Assembly: GCA_026025795.1 (NCBI GenBank) | Contig: JAPEUG010000048.1 | Location: 47,632-67,631 of the forward strand | Length of the DNA stretch: 20,000 nt | Source: Thelocarpon superellum | Taxonomy: Eukaryota | Reading direction: 5' to 3' | In this document: one piece after another, positions 1-9,749 of the stretch | How positions within the stretch are numbered: position 1 is the stretch's first letter | How the letters are laid out: each line of letters begins with the position of its first letter | Translations under genes and position numbers: made by a program | The notes under the pieces: generated by a model | Told to the model about the DNA's origin: nothing | Databases searched by the model: none | Seen by the model: only the letters and a program-made list of their open reading frames with translations

Positions 1-180
1 GCGATGCTGACGCAAAACGGCAAGCTTACAGACATCGGCGCCTACTATCTCGGCGTGCCGCCGCAGGGGAACGTTCCTGCTGCGGCTGCGGGATTGAGCG
101 CTGGACGACCGTTGAAATGGCGTAAACTAGGCGCCGTGGTGGCGGGAGTGGTGTGTTTGTCGGGACTTATGCTGTTTTGA
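1..180 (+). CDS. 3' end (partial) of a probable GH128 (Glyco_hydro_cc / Asl1-like) beta-1,3-glucanase with GPI-anchor-like C-terminus
   Basis: Frame 1 reads AMLTQNGKLTDIGAYYLGVPPQGNVPAAAAGLSAGRPLKWRKLGAVVAGVVCLSGLMLF* with TGA at 178-180. The 'ML...GKLTDIG.YYLG' motif matches my recollection of the end of the fungal GH128 domain. It is followed by small residues and a terminal hydrophobic stretch. Not in the ORF track because it is short and truncated by the window edge. Confidence 0.7.
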   Translation, partial: AMLTQNGKLTDIGAYYLGVPPQGNVPAAAAGLSAGRPLKWRKLGAVVAGVVCLSGLMLF

Positions 181-720
181 TACACTCTCTTTCCTGAATT
201 TGGACGAGCGAGCTGTCCCTGGTTCGATTTCAATTGAGCTTTCATTGCAGGGTGGTAGGGTTGGTTGGGTTTGGATGGATTCGAAGAGATGGTTGACCGA
301 CAGACATCGATGAGAGATCGACGATAGAGCATTGGTATTGTTATCAATAGCAGTAGAACTGTTGCACGGACATGCAGGTAGGGAAAGGGGCCGGGAACAG
401 TCATCACCAGCTTAGTCAGTTAGTCAATCAGTCAGTCATTTCATCAATAGCCATCGTGTATACATACTGGTAAGACGAGCCAACAAAAGAGGTGGAAGAG
501 AAGAGAGAAAAGAAGGGAGGGCACACGAACAATGAATCTATAGGAGCGCGCACGTGATCTGGTCACATGCCCACTCCTATCACTATCCCGACTACGCGTA
601 GATTAGCAATTCAGCTCTGATTCCTAAAAATCGAAAATAAAACCATGGTCGGTCTTGCCCTTGCCCCTGCTCTGCCTGCCTGACCTCGATTTTATTTACA
701 CCTGCTGCTCGAAGCGGTAT

Positions 721-786
721 CTTTTTCCCTCCTTCCTCCCTCTTTCCTCCCTCCTCTCTCTCTCTCTCTCTCGCGCGCGCGCACGC
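721..786. repeat. Polypyrimidine tract with (CT)n microsatellite running directly into (CG)n
   Basis: 721-772 is pyrimidine-only on the + strand and ends in about 9 CT units, followed by cgcgcgcgcgcacgc. Confidence 0.9.
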
Positions 787-928
787 AAGTACAGGAACCC
801 TCCATGTGTAACCGGCCAACCAAATCTATAGATGTGAGGATGAAGAAAGACTTGTGAAGATGATGGAAAGACTGTCACAGGACAAGAATAATGATTGAAA
901 CCATAGCCAGGCACACGGGTGAATGCAA

Positions 929-1711
929 TCACAGCGTCACCATCGTAAGTTCCCACTTGCCCCACCCTGTGATGGATAGTCCACACCCGCGACCGCATGT
1001 TTCGATCTTATTGAATCTGGGAATCGACCCATGTCAGTCCGTCACGTCTCGTCTCGGATGGAAGCAGGCGGACGCGGATGGAAAAGCACGATTGACGTAG
1101 AGGAAAAGCACTCACCCCCAATACAACTCGCCTAGATTCGCAACGGATCGTATGCCGGGCCGATTGTTCTGGAAGCTCGCCTTGCATCCCGTCAAGTTCC
1201 CGCCCGGGGTGCTGGGTGTGGTGCTGAAAGCGCTTCGAGACATCTCCTTGTAGGTGTCGGTGAGGGGGTCGATCAGAGCCACGGGCCACGCCATGGTCTT
1301 ATTGTCCAGCTCGCCGGCTATGGCCTCAAGGGTGAAATTGACCGCGTCGGCACATTCGGCGGGCGCACAGAAGACGTCGGGCCGTTCCAGGTAACAGAGC
1401 GTCAGGTAATCCGAGGGGGTCACATTCATCCACGTGTTGCCGCCGTCATCGGTGACACCTGCGCCGTCGGCGAACGGGTCTGGGTGTTTGGGTGTTTCTT
1501 GCCCCGGCGGTCCCGGCGGGGTCTTCCCATCACTGTCACCAGTCTCGCCCGGCGGCTGCCATGGGTTGTAACTGTCTACCGAGGTGTTCAAGGTCGCGTT
1601 TGGGTCGTCGTCGAATGGTCCCTTCTTGACAAGGTCGTTGGGCGGCCCCGGGTCGACAGACTCGGCTACGATGACGATCGCGGCCACGAAAAGGCCCATG
1701 GAGAGGAGCAT
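929..1711 (-). CDS. Secreted hypothetical protein, about 227 aa, 2 exons (1711-1116, 1016-929): signal peptide, Pro/Gly/Asp-rich linker, C-terminal 6-Cys domain
   Basis: ATG at 1711 gives the hydrophobic start MLLSMGLFVAAIVIVAES. Intron 1115-1017 has GTGAGT..CTGAC..CCCAG. Splicing restores the frame: LYWG|FNKIETCGRGCGLSITGWGKWELTMVTL*. Codons look GC3-rich. Confidence 0.8.
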
Positions 1712-3573
1712 CTTGTCGGAATCCGTCCTTGCGTAGCCGTGTGGTTGCCTGACTGCCTGGCTGCCTCTCCGTGTGACTGCGTCCGGCCAATGCAAGCCAC
1801 TCCACCAGTGACTGTGTAGGCTGCCGTCACACTGCGCTTCACTGCTCGTCACGTAAGAGGCTCATGAGGAGACAGACGAAGAATGACCCCACGGTGAAGA
1901 CGAAGGTGGGACGTGGAGAGAGAGCGAAACGTGAAAGGGACGAGCGACCAGGTCACGTCCAAATCCTCGTGTCATCCACGCCCTGAGACCGTGGGGCCCT
2001 GTCGGGTTTTGTGCGGCGGGGCCGGCGCGTGCGAGCGGGTAGCCACGTTGATGAAGGTGAGCCTCCCCGTCTTGGGCCCCCCACCACGATGCCAAGTCAC
2101 GTCAGCTGAATAATTTCGCTCAGTTCATCCAGCAAGCAATGCCTGGCAAAGTCTTCCTCGGATCTTGCCCGCCCTCCTTGCACATGTCATAGCTCATGGC
2201 TGGCAGGCGGCGCGTGGGTTCGGGCCGAGTGGTGTGCACGCGGCAGCAGGAAAAGGTTGGGTGGAGTGCTCTCCTCCTACCCCGGCGGCGGACTAGTGAA
2301 CGCGGCCTCACGGTCAAGCTTCATCGTGCCGGCCAGCCAGGTCTCTGCCGGCGACGGAAACGAGAGAACGAAGGACATGAAGGGAAGGGGGAAACGAGGG
2401 CACGTAGGATCGCATCCTACCGCGCCATGGGGCGACAAGGCGACCAGACTCGGATCTCGGACGTGGCCCCGATGTGCCAGCAAATCATGCGTGAGGTGCG
2501 CGGTGTGCTTGGTGTTTCGCCGGGTGGCCGGCCTGGGGCATTTGCCGACCGGTACCATGACCCCGGAACCGTGGATCGGTCGAGGGATTTACGCGGATAG
2601 TTAAGGCGCATCGGCGGGCTCGATGACCTACTAGCACTCTAGGGAGGCTACGACGGGCTAGTCGTCTCCTCCCTCATCCCATCGACTCGTTCACGCTGCT
2701 AGCAGTGCTCGTCGTAGGAGTATCGACTCGATTGACCGACCGACCGACTGACTCACCGCATGCATCGACGAGAGCTGCTCGCTTGGCAGGACATCTGCCT
2801 TGCTCCTCGCGTGGTATGGCGCATTGGAAACACGACCACTCTACCTGAGGTGAGATGCTTGTACGCGGCAAGATGCCGGCGGGAATCCCATCCGAGTCGT
2901 CGGTAGACGGAGTACTTGGCGCGGTAAGCTGAGCATGCTCTTCGTACGTCCTACCAAGTCCCAAGAACCACCCAGGTCGTCTCAACGACGACGGTGACCG
3001 CTCGCCGCTTCCACACCACTCACTGCACCACGTTGATGCCAAACTCTATCGGTCGACCAAGTATCATCCCGGTACCAGTGCGAGCAGGCCGACGAATGAA
3101 CGGTCATGGACGGCCGTTCGGCCAGCCGACCAGCGTGAGGGCCGGCTCCCTTGCTGGCTGGAGGGTCCGCATGGCATCCATCCGACAGGGACGAAGAAGA
3201 GCGATGAAACGAAGCGAGACTCGACAGGCGCGACAGAAAGAAAACGAACCGAAGCAAACCGAATGAGCGGAATCAAGAGCTGAGCCATGATGAATGCGGG
3301 CCGTCGAGTCATCGCCATCACGCTTTGGCGTTCCGTGTTCCTGTTTCGCATCCGCAAAGTCAGACGTGGTGCTCGCGGAGATCCCACACAAGCTCCTCTA
3401 TCAAGGCTCCTGTACCGACAGCTACCATCTTACGTTGCTAGCTAGGGAGCATGCAATGCCAGCAAAAATGTGATGAGAAATGCCAACCAAGGCCCCTGTC
3501 GCGCGCCCCACGCTATGTGATGCTCCGACCATGCGCCAGTCCCCGTGTCACAGCAGCGGTCTCATTTCCTTCC

Positions 3574-6288
3574 TCAAACCTTCGCGTCCACGTCGCCAAG
3601 CTTCTCTGGCGCCATGTCCTCAGGCTCCTCCGATGCCTGGTTCTCGGGTGCCTCGGGCGCCTCGGATGCCCCGTTCGTATCCGTCTCTGCATCCTTGCCC
3701 CTGTTCATCTCGAGGGGAGCGTCACCCACGGTCGATGCAATTCCCTGCTCGTCGACACCCGCCGCGTCTTCACCCTCGCCGCCGATGCTTCTCCTATTTC
3801 TCCGCCACGGCCGCAACCAGAGGTAGAGCCCCACACCCACCAACAGCGTCAACAGCAGGCAGCCCACGCTGGCAAAGGCGGCAGCCTCAATCTTGCGTCG
3901 TCGATCGTCGGTCGACGGCGGCGGCGCGACGGGCGTGAGCGGTCCCGCCGCCGGCGAGGGTGGGGGAGCCCCGGTCGTCCAGTTGGCCGGCTGGCTCCCC
4001 AGCACAAAATCCATGCGTCCGCCTTGGGCGAAGACATCGTTCCACACGAGCCAGCTCTGGTTCCACGCCTGCCCGTTCACCTGCAGCCGCTGCACGTAGT
4101 AGGCCGTGTCACTGTTGCCGCCGGTGCTCGTGATGACGAGTTGCTTCGACGCGCCCAGGTCGATGGTCATGTTGCCCAGCCAGGGCGAGCCGATGAGGAA
4201 CGTCGTCTGTCCCGTAAGTGGATACAGCCCGATCATGTTCCACAGCAGCCAAGACTGCATCGCCCCGGCGTCGCTGTTGCCCGGGAGCCCGCTCGTGCCC
4301 GTGCTATAATAGGTCTTGGCGATGAAGCGCGACCGCTTCACGCTGAGGTCTTGACGGCCCGCAAAGTTGAACAGATACGGCGACGCGAAGTCCGGCTCGT
4401 TTCCTGGATCGATGATGGTCTGCTCAAACTGCGGGTTGCCGCTTGGGTTGACCATGGGCGTGAAGATGGTGTCCAGCTTCTGCACGAAACGCCGGGGGCC
4501 TCCGCAGAGCTGCACCAGCGTGCTCATGTCGTGGTGCGTCGTGAAGGCGTACTCCCACGGCAGGGCCTCGAAGACGGCCCCGCGCCAGTAACACCCACCC
4601 GCCCCACTGCACGAGAGCGGATTGAATCCCGAGGCGAAGGCGCCCGACGTGTCTCTGGGCGCCAGGAAGCCATTGAAGCCGAGCGAGGCGACTTGGGGGT
4701 TCCAATGATTTTGCCAGTTGCGCGACGAGCGCAGGTATTTCTCCGCGTCACTGGCCCGCCCCAAGCCCTGGGCCACCTGAGCCAAGCCAAAATCGTTGCC
4801 CGCGTACTCGAGCGCCCGCGAGACCGAGCGCGAGAAGCGCGTCGTGATGTAGCCCAATTGCCGCCAGTCCGGCAATGCCCCGCGACCTTCCTTGGTCGAG
4901 CTGTCGGGCGCGCGCGGATCGTGGTTGTTGGGTGGCGTCACCTCAGCGTCGGTGACCATGGCCTGATACCCGTCCTGCCAGTTGATCTGCCCCCGCACTC
5001 CCTTGACGTAGGCGTCCGCCAGGACCGTGTCTGCGTTGGACCCGCCCTCCGTCTTGCCGTTGAAATTCGAGGACCGCCCATCCGGCATGAAGCCCTCGTG
5101 TCGCCAGACATCGATGATGGAGCGCAGCAGTTCCTCGTACGCCACCGGCTGCAGGATGTGCATGAGCGGCATGTGCGAGCGAAACAGATCCCACAGCGTG
5201 TAGAGGTCGTCATAGTACGGCTCGCTCGACGTCCACAGTGGGTTTTCACCCGTGCGATTGGACGGCATCATATGCATCCCATAAAGCGACGAATACAACA
5301 GGTTCAGGTTCGTCGGATCCGTGTCCGTCGTGGTGATCTTGGACAGCACCTGCGTGTTCCACCGATCCTGCGTCGCATTGGCCAGCGATGTCAGGCTGGC
5401 CGATGTGGGCGCCTCGTCCTGTACGAATTGGCACGCCTTGGCCGACGAGATCCACGAGATGCCCACATTCGACGTCACCGTCGTGTTCGCAAAGGTAAAC
5501 ACGGCCCCTCGTCGATCGCTCCCAGACGTCGCGTTGCCGACGACGTAGCTGGCGAGCTTGGTGCCGGTCCCATGGAACGTCTTGATCGCGGTCGGGGGTG
5601 GGTCAAACACTCCGCAGAAATAGATGGTCCAGTCGGGCGCAAGGTTCCAGCCATTGTTGTAGGTGCCACTGCCCTCGTAATGGCCGTCCGCGAGCACCGT
5701 GATATTGCCCGACGTAAAGTTCTGGCCCAAGCCATCGTTGCCCGACGTCAACCGGTGGGAGAGGTCGACAACGACGTTGGCGGCCTGGTTGGCCGGGAAG
5801 GTGTACTGGTACATGCCCGTGTGATCCGTGGCCGCGAGTTCGACGACGACGCCCGACGACAAGGACGACTTGTAGTACCCCACCTGGGCCACGTCATGCA
5901 CCGGGCGGCGGACGGAGAGATCCTGGAGCGGATTCGACACCGCGCCGACCACGGGCATCTGCGACACGACGCCGTACTTGGGGGAGCCGCCGGTGCCGGA
6001 CTCGTGCATCATGGAGAAGCCTGTGATGGTGCCCGTGGTCGAGTATCCCGACACGGACGCGCCGACGTCGGGGCCAAGCTTGACCACGCCGAAGGGCATC
6101 GTTGGCCCCGGGAACATATTTCCGCCGCCATCCGTGCCGAGACTGAAGGCGGCCAGCCGTCAGCACTATTCCATGACGACAACACCTAGGCCGGGCCAGA
6201 CTCACAAGGGGAGCACATATTGAGTGTAGTCCGTGGCGGCGGTGGTGCACCCGACCAGCAGGAGGCACCATAAGGCCCGACACCACAT
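3574..6288 (-). CDS. Glycoside hydrolase family 92 alpha-1,2-mannosidase, about 883 aa, with signal peptide and C-terminal TM helix; exons 6288-6206, 6142-3574
   Basis: The spliced N-terminus reads MWCRALWCLLLVGCTTAATDYTQYVLPF|LGTDGGGNMFPGPTMPFGVVKLGPD; the 63-nt intron has GTGAGT..CTGAC..TTCAG. GH92 motifs present: GFSMMHESGTGG, YTLWDLFRS, SVSRALEYAGNDF, GNEPDF, GLPGNSDAGAMQSW. Confidence 0.95.
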
Positions 6289-7614
6289 GGACACGGTCGA
6301 GATGAAGGAAAGCGGTCTGCGCATGGAAGGTGCATGTCGAGGGCGAGTGGGCACAGCGGGCGAGACGCGGGAGAGTGATTTTCAAAGAGCGTGCATTTGC
6401 GTGAGGCCCCTTATGAAAGGAGAGGATGGCACGGCGTTGGTGACAGAGCGGGCCGCGGACGGCGAAGGGATGAGGCCATTAATTCAGTCATGCTAGCATG
6501 TTGGTCAGGAGCAGAGGGTGCGTGGGGCCGACCCGGTGCCGACTGCGCCTCTGTAGGGTCTGCCTCGTGCCCGGAGCAGTACCCTACAAGTAAGATGCGA
6601 GAGATGTTTGGCTGGCGTGCGCGACGGCATGCGCCACGACACACGGACGCGCTGTAATCCGCAGCACGCTCTTTGGACGGCAAATCGCACCATTTCCTGG
6701 TACCTGACGCGCTAGACGCGTTACGGTACGCCTTTCATGCAAAGGCATGCATGGGGCCGCTGCTATGGACGGGGCGCCTGCTATGGCCAGGGCCCGAACT
6801 TGACACCTCATAGGGCCGACCGCAGCCATGCCTGAACGGGCCAAGCGGATGGCGGCCACTGAGCCCCTCCGGTTTCACCGCCGCTGGTGCGGGCCCGGCT
6901 GACTCCCTCACGCCTTCCACGCAGTGCTAGCCCTAGCGTCTAGACCATCGTCCAGACCCCATGGACTCGTAGGAATTTGTTGGAATCGTGAGCTGAACCA
7001 TGGGGCCAGATGTTGAATCCCTGACCGCGCCCCAGTGCTACCAAAGGTCGAGAGCAGCACTTGTACTCGGATGATCAATTGTACTCGTAAGAAGTCCTTC
7101 GTACTGCGGTAGCGAGGGCGGGCTAAACTGGACGTCGCAGTAACGTAGTGGAGCGTCTGAAATGTGACCTTCCTTTCACCGCGAGAGCCCCAGAGACCTC
7201 GTACGACCAAGCCAAACTCAGCCCCCGCCAGCCAAAGCGTCCAAGCACGAGCATTGTAGGCGGTCTTCTGTTCAGCTGTGGCACGTTCGAATCTCGTCGC
7301 CCGTAAGAGTGATTCCACTTTTCGTCTATCTACCCAGCCTACGACACCCGAACGTCGGTACACCATCCGTACCGCAAAGATGCTTCTGCACTGCATCGAG
7401 GTCACCGTCCTGGTCTGTAGCGGCCGAGTCCTGGACCGCCTCACCCATTCCACGCGGTGAGATGCATGATCTTAGGTGACTGAAAGAGACGGGTACACGA
7501 CGCATTTCGCGTGGCCCATGTCCTTCGTATAATATGCATGACCTCAGTCGTTACGGACGGAACGTCACGAGGAAACCTCGGTTTGTCGCTGACATGATCC
7601 CATAAGCTAGACGA

Positions 7615-9032
7615 TTATAACTTCTTTGAAAATGTCACAGTGTTCCAAAACGACATGGAAAGTTTCATCATCTTCTCTTCCATCTCCGACAGGTAGAAGC
7701 GCCATGACTTCTTGGCCCGTCCAAGTCCGGTGGCATTCCAGATGTCTTCATGGCGGAGGATGTCCTCAACAGTGTCTACCACACTCTCCTCCAAGCTTCG
7801 GTATGTCCAGTCTTTCCCAAACACCTCGTGACTCCTCGACACATCCCAGCCCGTGGGATGCACTCCGCTGGGGAAGATCTGAGCCGGATTGCCCTCGGCC
7901 ACTTTGTCCTTGAGTTTTGGGAAATGCCGGCGAATGGTATTCGCCACAAGCTGTGGCGTGATTACTCCGGAAACGAGTAGAATCCGCTTGTTCGAAGCGC
8001 CGGGGGCCGTCATAGCGAGAACAAGGCCCTTAGCGACCTCTCGAACATCTACCTGGTCGCCATCTGGGTCAGATTGTGCTCCTTCGAAGATGAGATGTTC
8101 GCAACTGGGGCTTCTCACAAAGTGATAGAACGGAAACACGACAGGCTCGATTGCTTTGTGCGTGCCGTCCATGAAGCTGTAGATGGCAAACCTGTTGGTC
8201 TCATTGATTGAGTGGGGACCAGGCATAGGATGCAGCATCGGGCCAATGACGATGTCCGGGTTGATGACCGTCAGGTCGAAGGCCGTCTTGTTCTCATCCA
8301 TGAACTTCCACGCCGCTTTCTCGGCCAGCTTCTTCGACGCGTTGTACCCGAGTACCGCATCTCGGCGCTCAATCGCATCCTTTGCTGTTACCTGGACGGT
8401 GACTCAGCCGATCGCCTCAGAGCCAGGATACCTCGACGTAGACGATGGCAAACTCACCGGATTCCAGTCCTCCTCGGTGTAATCTCTCCCAGCAACACCT
8501 TCGTCAGCAAACGAATCTAGGACGGCCACGGCGCTTCCAAGAAGTACGGCGCGCTTGATTCTTGAGCCTCCCAACTTGTGGGCGCTCTGGAAGAGCCCGA
8601 TTGTACTACAAGAGAGTCAGGCATGCCTGCGCGAAAAGGACGAGACCTGAGATGAGTCCTACCCTTGGACTGCAGGATCGATCAGGTCCTTCTGGATATC
8701 GTTGACCTTGAACGTGACAGGTGACGCGGTGTGGACGATGAAATCGTATGGCTTGTCGAAGAGCTTGTCAAAAGCGTGGGACGCACTCAAGTCTGGCACG
8801 AAGCTGAAGTGGACCTTTCCTTCCCAGGCTGCATGTTTCTTCAGGAGCTGCTGAGCCTTGTCCTCCGATCGAACCGACGCTGTCACATCGTAGCCCGACT
8901 ATAGGACCATCAACCTCGCATCTCACGAGCGGAACTGGATAGCACTCTTGCCTCGATTAATTGCGCCACTGTGTGTGATGCAATGAAGCCATTTCCGCCA
9001 GTTATCAGGACCGACTGCTTGTTTCCTGCCAT
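7615..9032 (-). CDS. NAD(P)-dependent epimerase/dehydratase-family (extended SDR, Gre2/aldehyde-reductase-like) oxidoreductase; exons 9032-8952, 8898-8663, 8605-8458, 8391-8119, 8052-7615
   Basis: Rossmann motif VLITGGNGFIASH, then HTASP, LIDPAVQGT, YTEEDWNP, catalytic YNASKK (YxxxK) and FVDVREVA. All four inferred introns restore the frame. Confidence 0.92.
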
Positions 9033-9749
9033 TTTTGGCCAACAGCGACATTCGCAAGGTGCTTCACCTCACCATGGCTTGATCAACGAATACAGAAATG
9101 GACAGGTGCGGGGTACAGCTGACAATACAACAATATGCTCTCAGTCGTCCGTGATTGCTTACTCACGGGCTGTTAATCCCGCAACCTGTCGCCGCTCACT
9201 GTGACCAGCAGCGTCATATTCGCTAGCATTTGGGAACAGCAGGCATCGTAAATGCGCATCTGATGAACCTGACTCCAGCACCGTAATCAGTGGCGTGGGT
9301 GCGGGTTGGCCCGCCCTCCCTACCGGCACCTGCCAGCAATTACTTCTTAGCTGCTTGCGGGACGTCTTTGTGGTGAAGCAGCTGGCGCACGAGCGGACCA
9401 GATCGCACAATAAGGCTTCACCTCACCAGGAATAGCTGTTGCTTGAAGCTTGGCGGTCGTGGTTGGTGAGGCGCTCTTGAGTCTCAAGCCTTCGTCCCCT
9501 GAATGCTACGACCCCAAGGGTAAAGCGGAATGGGGACAACTGAAGAGCCGCGGGGGAGGTGGGAGGGAGCCATAGTCGTAAATGGTTGGAGATCCTCTGG
9601 CGCGAACGTTGGTATTTGCATCTTCATCTTCATCATCGTCTTGTGCTTCTTCGTTCTCGTCTTCCACTAAATGACAGGCTCATGGCTCCGCATTATTATA
9701 CATCACGTCAACATCGTCGGCTTAGCTTCACGGCCCGCGGTCTTTCGGT

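Noticed and set aside
45..407. 120-aa minus-strand ORF
   Set aside because: It is antisense to the GH128 C-terminus and its 3'UTR; the + strand frame has the recognisable motif.
6289..7614. ORFs of 60-181 aa between GH92 and the reductase
   Set aside because: No recognisable motifs, mostly non-ATG starts and no consistent exon structure. Treated as promoter/terminator DNA.
9494..9567. GTCCCC...GGGGAC inverted repeat and nearby G-tracts (ribozyme or G-quadruplex candidate)
   Set aside because: The stem is only 6 bp, I found no complete hammerhead/HDV core, and the G4 would need a loop of about 16 nt. This is expected by chance in GC-rich DNA.
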